Assembly: GCA_049599475.1 (NCBI GenBank)
Contig: JBMYOQ010000024.1
Location: forward strand, 1 to 47,920
DNA length: 47,920 nucleotides
Direction of reading: 5' to 3'
From: Opitutales bacterium
GTDB taxonomy: Bacteria > Verrucomicrobiota > Verrucomicrobiia > Opitutales > JABSRG01
Shown here: piece by piece, positions 32,301 through 40,259 of the stretch
Layout: each line of letters starts with the position of its first letter
How positions within the stretch are numbered: the first letter of the stretch is position 1
Made by a program: the position numbers and the translations under genes
The notes under the pieces: generated by a model
What the model was told of the DNA's origin: nothing
Database searches by the model: none
The model's input: only the letters and a program-made list of their open reading frames with translations

Positions 32301-33560
32301 CTGATTGGGATTCGATCCATAATTGGCGCCTGTATCATTGGTGTGGTTTGAAAAATCGTAATCTTCAAAATCATGATTCCAATTTGGGGCGAGCGTTTGT
32401 GCATCCAGCGTTGGGTTGCTCATCGGATTTAGCATACGATGATAAATGGTGTAGTAATCTCTCAATAGATGCCATGTCGGCCCATTTCCAGCGCCGGTGA
32501 ATGATGGGCCCTCTTGTTCAGGTAAACCGTAACCGTTTCCTGGTTCGGCAAATAGGAAAACCGAAGCGACCTGGTGTGGTGCGAAGGACCAAGGGTCGTA
32601 TGCAAGTGGATGTGAGCCGGCGAACTCTGAATCATTAAAATCTCTGTCCGTCATTTCGAATGCTAAAGACAGATCCTTCTTGAGTCCGCCGTTACGCGCA
32701 TCTGCTAGGACTCCCATTGAGTGAGGGGTGAGATGATGGAAATACTGCCCATCGTCAGTCACATCACCATCCGCCGTTAAGAGGTCGATTTGCGTAAGAT
32801 CCGTCAACTTACCCGGCGAGTCATCTAAGGCGTCAATGAGTGCCTGACTGTTCAGGCCCGCGAGTGCGAATGGCACACTTCGTCCAAAGCTACTGCTTGC
32901 GATGACTGTTCGATATTTCTCTTCCAGTCCGCCTACCTGCTCGATTCCGTCTTCGGTGTTAATACGGGCCTTCGTGCTCTCATCACCGACCCACCAAGCA
33001 TAGCGTCCGATCGGTTCACCATCTTCATTCTCAATTTCGGTGTTCGAGGTATTTACATACACCAAATCGTCAACGTCTCCGGGATTGTTCCTTGTCCCTG
33101 CTACGGAACCTGTTCCTAGGAGCAATACGCCTGAGGTCGTATCGGCAGCGTTTTGGTTGTAGTCTTGAACCGGGACCCCGTCAATTATTGCGTCAGAAGC
33201 AAGCCACGCGATCTGTTGACCCTTTGTGTATGGGATGCCTCCGATGCTCACGTCAGCACTTGACCAAACGCCTGTCGTGTAGCGCTTGCTACTATCGGAG
33301 TCATTCATGAGATCCGCGTTTGCTGAAATTCGTTGGTCAGGTCCGAGATTGCTTTGGAGTTCTCCAAGCGCAATGCGCATCCCCAATACCGCGTTTTGTT
33401 TCGCTAGAATCTCATCATTGAGAGATTCGGAAGACTGATTCTCCAACCGAACCACTGAGGTTAGGGTGACAATCAGAATGAGCAGGAATGAGATGAGAGC
33501 GAGGCTAATGACTAGAGCAAAGCCATGCCGCCGACCGTCTAGAGGATAGGTTCGACTCAT
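29361..33560 (-). CDS. Giant PilX/GspK-like (Verru_Chthon cassette protein A-like) prepilin-type protein, 1399 aa
   Basis: Class III signal RRHG|FALVISLALISFLLILIVTL lacking Glu+5; blocks ALGELQSNLGPDQRISA, YAWWVGDESTKA, GGLKKDLS, FNVNSTSVEAW, SLSDFVNR, RGDTFRIRAFG, WCEAIVQR, FGRKF..FRWL. Confidence 0.8.
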   Translation of the reverse strand: MSRTYPLDGRRHGFALVISLALISFLLILIVTLTSVVRLENQSSESLNDEILAKQNAVLGMRIALGELQSNLGPDQRISANADLMNDSDSSKRYTTGVWSSADVSIGGIPYTKGQQIAWLASDAIIDGVPVQDYNQNAADTTSGVLLLGTGSVAGTRNNPGDVDDLVYVNTSNTEIENEDGEPIGRYAWWVGDESTKARINTEDGIEQVGGLEEKYRTVIASSSFGRSVPFALAGLNSQALIDALDDSPGKLTDLTQIDLLTADGDVTDDGQYFHHLTPHSMGVLADARNGGLKKDLSLAFEMTDRDFNDSEFAGSHPLAYDPWSFAPHQVASVFLFAEPGNGYGLPEQEGPSFTGAGNGPTWHLLRDYYTIYHRMLNPMSNPTLDAQTLAPNWNHDFEDYDFSNHTNDTGANYGSNPNQQGAFQPAFLYSGGPSFHFSGSRGNVNGGGSFGSRVNETVIDYTLSSNNNPLDLDIAGDPLRTRLGTQSFDIPTADFRLPTLVEGNYMPYLRRFVAETGFWFDDSKAASGLNPDYGQKNANGNTINYTGLVDDLYRINTRVRTAYVFHNPYNVSIRHNKMAVLVTGPTINYDLYELDSATPLQGPVFTVTAEEPVLDSKGDPTGDFTPTEIEVSSGGVDFVNASDGAERQGLGNKAFVEAGTLAPGAVVKHSGRSVQSSDTSATPTLDDFTNADWGNIWNLNEQSSIGAIMPSGEATQLTAVARPGSLDQWLTNQRKDSSGRFVHSFTRLHFSLSMQDDAATDPGDSDPASIWPTAYSFNSISVLPGAGYSAAGSDERVAGTHRSPQPGSAIGSFEYGTPNYPWSISNNVTVGDHVSRNAAFGMGAYDFQLRPPGMISPGGEQRSEVATPYPAFVMTNPLAPIKDNKNVFYPDETRDSINRNGYPGFSPGWEYTFGPGWGFGGGTDYKPWGDSDGNTRINSGRITDPIFIELPTSPVLSIGKLQHANITLHDHMPALAIGNSFASPFIQRDRVYEINQNRYGRERMFYDISYLMNEALWDEYFFSSYSIPYDNGSGDDYDEVSNSVKDTFDLAFDPSLAQNTPLPNPRMELHLGGGEFLADVENKLFDSRGDPLPSVSPGNSKDASFYRAAENLMVKGGFNVNSTSVEAWETVLFGAHEMAIYTAGNNSPEAVLPASEVSFLRISQPNAGITSDPDVNDTLGWKGFRSLDRSQISALASNIVAEIRSRSNNPSDPNLPSSPFLSLSDFVNRRISNDSYGLSGVLQAAIDRTSSLNSSFETATYDISESITNNEATNGFAFRDASNLLDANGNPASSASSMPTYLLQADILQAIGSFLAVRGDTFRIRAFGEHGDPDRPELAKKAWCEAIVQRVPEQVGTGTILNPTDVDYWSDLDSSNNIKTFGRKFVVIDFRWLSEDEV

Positions 33561-33649
33561 GTGTAGAGAAGCTGGTGATTGGGGTGGTGATTTACCAGGT
33601 GGTGATGCCTGATAGTTTTACACCTATGCTATTCGAGCCAGCGAATCAA

Positions 33650-33665
33650 GATGAATCGTTTCATC
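33650..33665. promoter_or_regulatory. Candidate LacI-family operator GATGAATCGTTTCATC
   Basis: Near-perfect 16-bp palindrome with central CG, about 90 bp upstream of the pilin-like gene start. Confidence 0.55.
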
Positions 33666-33764
33666 AGCTAGGCGAACGCACGGGATTTGTCCGGATTCTG
33701 ACCCTGGTCTGCGTGCACGAAAACGCCACTTGTCTAAGTTATACTTGGGCTATGAGCCGATAAC

Positions 33765-34748
33765 TTAGCTCGCAAGGGCGTCGCGTATCCGCTGAAGCTC
33801 TTCGGTAGAAAATGCGGTATTTTCCAAGGCTTCTACATTGTTTTTGAGCTGTTCAGCTCTGCTCGCGCCAATGAGGACGGAGGCCACTGGACTGAAGTTG
33901 AGATTCCAGACCAAGGCCATTTGTGCCAAGGATTGTGATCGTGATTTCGCAATCTCATTGAGCGCTTTCACTTTCTTTAGGACCGAATCGGATACGGTGC
34001 TCTCTTCGAGGCAGGTGCCTGATTTTCCAGCTCGTGAGTCCTCTGGAATGCCTTTCAGATAGCGGTCCGTTAGTAGGCCTTGGGCCAGGGGAGAAAAAGT
34101 GATTACGCCGACGCCTGATTCGTCCAGGGATGCGAAGTCTCCGGAGTCTGCGGCGTTTTGGTCAAACATGTTGAAGGGGAGCTGATTGATGAGGCAAGGG
34201 ACACGCTCTTCCTGAAGCAGGTCGATGATCTCCTTAGAGGCCTCACCATAATAATTAGAAATTCCAATATAGAGTGCCTTGCCCTGGCGAACGATATCGG
34301 CGAGGGCAGTGGCCGTTTCTTCAGTCGGAGTCTCAGGGTCTGGACGGTGATGGTAGAAGATATCTACGTAATCTAGACCGAGGCGTGTCAGGCTTTGGTC
34401 AATACCTGCTATGAGGTGCTTCCGTGAACCCCAGTCGCCATAGGGGCCATCCCAAAACTGGTGACCCGCCTTAGTCGAAATTATCAGCTCATCCCGATAA
34501 CCTGCAAAATCCGTATTGAGAATTTTGCCTGTATTGCGCTCAGCTGCACCATTGCCGTAATTGTCGGCTAAATCGAAATGCGTGATGCCGAGATCGAAAG
34601 CGGTCCTGAGCAGCTCCCTTTGATTCGAGAGTGGCTCAGCCTCGGAGAAATTGTGCCAAGTGCCTAGAGACATCGCTGGGAGCTTGAGACCGCTTTTGCC
34701 CACACGGTTGTAGGGCATAGTTTCATATCTGGATGAGTCGAATGTCAT
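33765..34748 (-). CDS. yghZ: Aldo/keto reductase, YghZ/Gpr (L-glyceraldehyde-3-phosphate reductase)-like
   Basis: SGLKLPAMSLGTWHNF, THFDLADNYG, ISTKAG..WDGPYGDWGSRK, FSPLAQGLLT. Confidence 0.88.
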   Translation of the reverse strand: MTFDSSRYETMPYNRVGKSGLKLPAMSLGTWHNFSEAEPLSNQRELLRTAFDLGITHFDLADNYGNGAAERNTGKILNTDFAGYRDELIISTKAGHQFWDGPYGDWGSRKHLIAGIDQSLTRLGLDYVDIFYHHRPDPETPTEETATALADIVRQGKALYIGISNYYGEASKEIIDLLQEERVPCLINQLPFNMFDQNAADSGDFASLDESGVGVITFSPLAQGLLTDRYLKGIPEDSRAGKSGTCLEESTVSDSVLKKVKALNEIAKSRSQSLAQMALVWNLNFSPVASVLIGASRAEQLKNNVEALENTAFSTEELQRIRDALAS

Positions 34749-34793
34749 GATTTGTGGAGGGCTTTCCCTGAGATGAACGATGCGCTATCCGAA

Positions 34794-36143
34794 CTATTTT
34801 TTCTTCGCTTTTTTAATATATGCGCTTGGGAGCTCTGCGTTCCAAGCCAGGAGTTTTGCTTTCAGCTCCTCGAATTTCTTAGGTTCGGATTGTGCAAGGT
34901 TGTGTTTTTCCGCGGGATCTTCCCGCAAATTGTAGAGTTCGGGTTCACCTCTGTTTTTAGTCGGAGGCAAGTGCAGTTTCCAATCTCCATCACGAATGAC
35001 GGGGGTGCCGCGTTCAGAGCTCACTTTCCAAAAGAGAGGGGTCTCGCGTGTGCGCTCGGAGCCCATCCAAATGTCGGAGACGTCTTGGCCATCCAAGTCG
35101 TTGGGCAGAGTCTCGATGCCGGTAATATTCGCTAGTGTCGGTAGCCAATCAATAAAGGATGTAACGCTTTCAGTATTACGTTTTCCAGCCGGAACTTTGC
35201 CGGGCCAGCGAATGATGAAGGGGACGCGTGTGCCGCCTTCGAATAAGTTGTGTTTCGATCCCCGAAGAATACCGGCGTATCCCAGCATGTTGTTTGAATA
35301 TTTACGGTGCCCTTTTCCCAAAATTACGGGTGCAGGTCCGTGGTCGCTGGAAAATACGACAATGGTGTTATCGGCGATCCCCAATTCGTCGAGAGTGTCT
35401 AAAACGTGTCCCACGTTGATGTCTACGGAGTATACGTCGCCAAGGTATTGGCGCATCGAGTCATCGAGGTCACCACCGATTTGAATACACTCGTCGAATT
35501 TCTTCTGCATGGTGTCTGAGAAGTCGGAGCGCTTCACTTTTACTTCGATGAACTCACTGGCAAGCTCGGGAACCACACTTACCGGGAAGTGCGTGCTATG
35601 GCCCCAGATGTTTACGTAGAAAGGCTGGTCTTTGTTTTCTTTAATGAAATCAATCGCCTCGCGGAAAAGCCCTGCATCGCGTCCCTCTGGATCGGTTTTT
35701 GTAGATCCAATGACGTTTACGCTGTCGATACCATACATCCCGTCTACTTCGGTTTCCTTGGGCCCAATATGCCATTTGCCGAAGTGCCCCGTTGTGTATC
35801 CGCGAGTTTTGAGTAGGCTCGTGATGGTATCGCGTCCTTGGAACCCGAAGAATGCGGCATACTTTTCATAGCGGGCTGGGTAAATTCCCGTCATGAGACC
35901 TGTGCGACTCGGGTTGCAGGTGACTCCGGTAACATAGTGCTGCATGAAGCTGGTGCCCTCAGATGCAAGCCTGTCGAGATTTGGAGTCTTGGCATAGGGG
36001 TGACCGTAAGAGGCCAAGTCGCCGTATCCGAGATCGTCCTGAAAAATGAATACAATATTCGGGCGGCTTTCATTAGCGAAGGCCAATCCGCAAAGGGTCG
36101 TCCATACAGCGATTAATCTACAAAGTGTGGTGATAAAATTCAT
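34794..36143 (-). CDS. Secreted S1 family (Cys-type) sulfatase
   Basis: Signal peptide, PNIVFIFQDDLG, CNPSR, FGKWHIG, SSDHG, GSKHNLFEGGTRVP. Confidence 0.94.
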   Translation of the reverse strand: MNFITTLCRLIAVWTTLCGLAFANESRPNIVFIFQDDLGYGDLASYGHPYAKTPNLDRLASEGTSFMQHYVTGVTCNPSRTGLMTGIYPARYEKYAAFFGFQGRDTITSLLKTRGYTTGHFGKWHIGPKETEVDGMYGIDSVNVIGSTKTDPEGRDAGLFREAIDFIKENKDQPFYVNIWGHSTHFPVSVVPELASEFIEVKVKRSDFSDTMQKKFDECIQIGGDLDDSMRQYLGDVYSVDINVGHVLDTLDELGIADNTIVVFSSDHGPAPVILGKGHRKYSNNMLGYAGILRGSKHNLFEGGTRVPFIIRWPGKVPAGKRNTESVTSFIDWLPTLANITGIETLPNDLDGQDVSDIWMGSERTRETPLFWKVSSERGTPVIRDGDWKLHLPPTKNRGEPELYNLREDPAEKHNLAQSEPKKFEELKAKLLAWNAELPSAYIKKAKKK

Positions 36144-36316
36144 ATCGAAACAGAAGAATGATAGTGTGTGTTTACACCCATGATGAAGCGCGTTTAGAGC
36201 AGTTTGTTACACTGTGTTTTAACACAGATATAACGGCCAAATTGCGCCAAAAAATAGGGGGATTTGGCGCGCTATAGAAAGTGATTCACCTATTTCATTC
36301 GGATGATGTCATCGGC

Positions 36317-36564
36317 AGCCGCCGATCTCCGAGCGGCTGAATACTGCATATAAGGTTTCTCAAAAGTAATTTCGTAAACTCTCGTTTTAAAGGGATGTTG
36401 CCGCGGCACTCTGCTGCCGCGCAATCGAGTCTGCTTAAGTGCTGGCGCCCCAGCACAGTGGGGTGGCTACAACAAGCATTGGTAAGAATAAGCGAAAGCA
36501 TTCTTGAGAAATGTTATAACAGCGGAGCTAATTCGCTGGATCCACCGCTCGGAGATCGGCGGCT
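36317..36564. repeat. Nested inverted-repeat (REPIN/MITE-like) element
   Basis: Perfect 20-bp IR AGCCGCCGATCTCCGAGCGG (36317-36336) / CCGCTCGGAGATCGGCGGCT (36545-36564) plus inner complementary blocks on a shared axis. Confidence 0.75.
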
Positions 36565-36736
36565 AACCTTATTTTGCCCTGCAGGACGCGCCATTGCATC
36601 GCCGTCTCCGGAGAGCCTCCGCCGTGGACAGCGTCCCTCTCTCGATTTTACCATGAGTATTCTTGGCTCAATGCGCATTGAATTTCGAATATTACTCTAA
36701 TCGATGGCAAGTTCCACATAGCGTTGATGGAAATAC

Positions 36737-36772
36737 AAAAGGCTCGAGTTTTTGTGTGAAACTCGAGCCTTT
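36737..36772 (-). terminator. Intrinsic terminator after the symporter gene
   Basis: 14-bp stem AAAGGCTCGAGTTT / AAACTCGAGCCTTT immediately after the stop at 36776, followed by a T-run on the minus strand. Confidence 0.8.
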
Positions 36773-36775
36773 GAA

Positions 36776-38785
36776 TTAATTCTCAGTTGAAAGCTTTTGA
36801 TTGATAATCGGATCCGCGCGATCAGTGCCGGGATTATCCTTAGGAGGCAACTTTTTCCACCAGAATTTATATACGCCCACTGCAGATACGAGGAAGATTG
36901 GAAGCGTCCAGAAGAAGGAATCGTAAGCCTTGATTACCAGCTGCATGGGGAGCAGGAACAAGGTGACTTGCGCGACCATTACAAAGGGGACTGCAATGAT
37001 GTCGTTCTTATGCTCGGTTGCCCATACCTTGTATTCCTCTGGCTCAATCTGTGCCTTCATCGGACCCCACAAGCCAAACGGGCGAGTCGTCCTGTAGAAG
37101 TTCATGAGGATCGGCATCGGAGTCGGTGGTGTCATGTAAGACAATACAACTGTTCCGAGAATGGAGAGACCGGTCATCAGTGGGAAAAGTGCGAACTCGT
37201 GCATTTCAGGATAAATGGCGTATTGGACAATGGCTCCAATGCCGCCCAAGGCCGTGCCACCGATTTGGCCCCACGCGTTACAACGCCACCAGTAAAGGCG
37301 GAGAACGTAAGGTCCGATGGAGCCCGCGGTGAGACCCATGATAAACCACTTCCAGATATCGTTAATGCTCTCAGCATAGATACCCATGATGAAGGAGAGG
37401 ATGACGATGCCCGCTGTGGACAAATAAGCCGCAAAAATGAGCTCTTTGGTCCCCGCGTTTGGTCTTAGGTTCTCCTTGTAAATATCCTTCACAAACTGCG
37501 CCGATGTCTTGTTTACCTCACTGGTGAGCGTCGACATCATGGCAGCGAGCATCGCGACGATAAGAAGGCCCCGTAACCCGGTCGGCATGCTATTCAGCAG
37601 AACAGCCGGCAAGATTTGCTCGGGATTTACCGTGCCGTGGAAGCTTACGATGGGTAGACGTTGTCTCCACTCTTCGCCAAGGACGCCGCTAAGCTGACTG
37701 ATCAACCCAGGGTCATACTTCTCTGGTGAATTTACAATACCGGTAGTCAGCTCGTTCCAGAAACTTGGGCGCTCGACGATTTCAGGGTGAAACTGTTTGA
37801 TCGCTGCTGCAGCGTCGGCTGTTTTGTCGACGTCTGGGAAAAGCTGGCTCACCAATACCAAACCGAGGACTGCGAAGCCCATCATCATAGGCCAACGGAA
37901 AGCTACTGTGACCCCCTGAAGCATAGACTGAAGTCCGCACTCACGGTCGTTCTTCGCGCCGAAATACTTACTTTCGTCACCCGTGCCTGGGCCATACATG
38001 ACATTTCTCAATAGATAGAAACAGGCGAATAGAATCAGGAGCTCGTAGTCTTTAAAGCCCTCAGGCATTTCCGTATTCCATAAGGGCATACTCGATGTCC
38101 AGGTGGTATTACCCGTTATCGAATACGCCAGCTCGCCAAGAGCGTTTACATCGGTGACCTGATTGAAGGCCATTACCGATACAATGACACAAGCCACCAA
38201 AACGATGATGCCCTGAACCAGGTCGGTAAGCACGACTCCGTAGAATCCCGAAAGCATGGTGTAAACCGCACAAAAGGCTACGATACAACCGGTGACAAAC
38301 ATCGGCGAGTAGGGGATGAACATCCCGACGAAGAGACTCGTCCCGCGAACAAGATAGGCAGTCAAACCGATGACTGTAATGATCGTGACGATCGCTTTGA
38401 ACATCCGCATCCATCGCGCCTCCGGCCCTGTACCAAATCGATAGGCGATCCACTCGGCTCCGGTCATACAACCCGATCGTCGGTGCCATTTCCCCGTGTA
38501 ACACACCAAGAATGCAAGGATCAGAACCGCTCCTCCACGAAACTCGATAAATAGACCCTTGGGTCCGAGCATGTAAAGGAATGCGGTGATGACCATGGTT
38601 CCCGTGAGGTCGAACCAAGCTGCCATCCCAGCCATGCCCAGAAGATACCAAGGAAGCGAGCGGCCACCGAGGTAGTAATTATCAAGGCTTTTGGCCGCCT
38701 TCTTCGTCATTATCAAACCGACCCCCATCGTGAGGATCAGATATACAATGATAATGGTTGTATCGATGGTGTTGAGAGAACTCAT
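36776..38785 (-). CDS. Sodium:solute symporter (SSS family)
   Basis: About 14 TM segments; YYLGGRSLPW, GFYGVVLTDLVQG, GLLIVAMLAAMMST, WWRCNAWG. Confidence 0.92.
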   Translation of the reverse strand: MSSLNTIDTTIIIVYLILTMGVGLIMTKKAAKSLDNYYLGGRSLPWYLLGMAGMAAWFDLTGTMVITAFLYMLGPKGLFIEFRGGAVLILAFLVCYTGKWHRRSGCMTGAEWIAYRFGTGPEARWMRMFKAIVTIITVIGLTAYLVRGTSLFVGMFIPYSPMFVTGCIVAFCAVYTMLSGFYGVVLTDLVQGIIVLVACVIVSVMAFNQVTDVNALGELAYSITGNTTWTSSMPLWNTEMPEGFKDYELLILFACFYLLRNVMYGPGTGDESKYFGAKNDRECGLQSMLQGVTVAFRWPMMMGFAVLGLVLVSQLFPDVDKTADAAAAIKQFHPEIVERPSFWNELTTGIVNSPEKYDPGLISQLSGVLGEEWRQRLPIVSFHGTVNPEQILPAVLLNSMPTGLRGLLIVAMLAAMMSTLTSEVNKTSAQFVKDIYKENLRPNAGTKELIFAAYLSTAGIVILSFIMGIYAESINDIWKWFIMGLTAGSIGPYVLRLYWWRCNAWGQIGGTALGGIGAIVQYAIYPEMHEFALFPLMTGLSILGTVVLSYMTPPTPMPILMNFYRTTRPFGLWGPMKAQIEPEEYKVWATEHKNDIIAVPFVMVAQVTLFLLPMQLVIKAYDSFFWTLPIFLVSAVGVYKFWWKKLPPKDNPGTDRADPIINQKLSTEN

Positions 38786-38865
38786 ACGTAACAGCTTGGG
38801 TTATCAGGAGAACAGATTCTGGATGCGGAGAAATTTAGCAGATATGGGGGGCCGCCATTCTAGGT

Positions 38866-40209
38866 TTAGAATGAGACGGGTAAGGCTTCGGTCACCGGTA
38901 TTTCGCCACGGAGCATTTTGCCGATAGCTCCTGAGAGGCGTAAATAGTAGTCTGGGGCATGCGGTTCATACGTGAGGAACTTGCTTTCGCCAACCGGAGG
39001 ATTGTTGCTTACCTTGAAGATTTGTGTGCCCTCATCCATCTCATCAAACATCGCGAGGTAGATGGTGTCCGCGCCAGCGCGCTTAGCGGCAATCGCTTGT
39101 GACCAAAGGAATTTTCCGCCTTCGCGAGGGATGTGATTGAATTTCGCATCTTTGAATGCGTAGCGATTCGCCCAGCTGAAGCCGGGGAATGCCAAGGGTA
39201 GGTAGTGGACTCCGTTTTCGTCGCACCACTCTTGGTCTTTTTGCACGTAAGTCTTACCGCGCTCGAGGGCAGTCGCCGATCCGCCAAAGCGTCCGACAGT
39301 CCAGGGTAGAATAGCATCTGCACTACGGATAACGTCGTGGAATTTTGGATCCGAAACCGCATCGCGCTGTAACGTGCGCCAGTAAGTGGGAACTCCGAGG
39401 AGCACGGTGCATCCCCCGTACTTTGGATCATTCTTCAGGAAGTCGATAAACTGGGATACTTCATCCAGTGTGTATTTGCGGTTTCCTGACGCGAACCCAA
39501 CGCCCCAGATAGCCACCATCGGTTTACCCTTCTCGTGCAGGTAGTTGGGATCGTTGAGGAGGTCGAGTTGGTCACACAGTTGACGCCAGTCATCCATGAC
39601 CATGCCCATCTCTCCATGACGGATGCCGGAAAGGTCATACATGATTGAATACGCACGTCCATGAGCTTGCGCTCCTTTTTGCACGTAAGCAGCCATGCGG
39701 TTGTTGGCAGGCTGAAGCAGCTTCCATTGGTGGTGTCCGCCCTCGAGTACGTCGTGAGCAAAGCGTTGCAGGAAGATACCGTCGATCCCGTAATCTTTCA
39801 TCCACTTGAAGTGGCGATCAACGGTCTTCGGGTGTTGGGAGCTGAAGACGTATGCAGTGCTTCCGTCAGCGTGGTCGAAAGGTGTGGCAAACTTTTCGTC
39901 CTCATCCATTTCGCTCATATCAGGCCAGAAATCGATGCCGCATAGACCTGGAAGAAAGCCTTCGCCGTGGATGTCATAGTCTTCCCAACCGGCAGTAACT
40001 TTTACCGAAGGATCTACATCCAAGAGGTTATAGCTTTCGTAGTGTTCCCAGCCTAGGCCGGAACCGTCTGCTGGTGTGCGATACCAGCCTTGATAGCCGG
40101 CAAACACTTTGCCGGTCATTCCATCAGCTGCAGGTACGATAGTATCCGCAGCAGGTAGGAGGGGACTCGAAATAATTGATGCGAGTGCTACTAGGATTAA
40201 ACGATTCAT
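38866..40209 (-). CDS. Secreted glycoside hydrolase family 71/99-like protein
   Basis: Signal peptide from ATG 40209; GYQGWY, WPDMSE, GIDGIFLQRF, MYDLSG, FPGFSW, AMFDEMDEGT. Confidence 0.82.
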   Translation of the reverse strand: MNRLILVALASIISSPLLPAADTIVPAADGMTGKVFAGYQGWYRTPADGSGLGWEHYESYNLLDVDPSVKVTAGWEDYDIHGEGFLPGLCGIDFWPDMSEMDEDEKFATPFDHADGSTAYVFSSQHPKTVDRHFKWMKDYGIDGIFLQRFAHDVLEGGHHQWKLLQPANNRMAAYVQKGAQAHGRAYSIMYDLSGIRHGEMGMVMDDWRQLCDQLDLLNDPNYLHEKGKPMVAIWGVGFASGNRKYTLDEVSQFIDFLKNDPKYGGCTVLLGVPTYWRTLQRDAVSDPKFHDVIRSADAILPWTVGRFGGSATALERGKTYVQKDQEWCDENGVHYLPLAFPGFSWANRYAFKDAKFNHIPREGGKFLWSQAIAAKRAGADTIYLAMFDEMDEGTQIFKVSNNPPVGESKFLTYEPHAPDYYLRLSGAIGKMLRGEIPVTEALPVSF

Positions 40210-40259
40210 GTATGGTGTTACGGAGGATTGTCGTTGCTTTGAAACGTCTGTCTTAAACG

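Noticed and set aside
36295..36700. ORFs 36295-36501 and 36395-36700
   Set aside because: They overlap the inverted-repeat element and lack domains; likely spurious.
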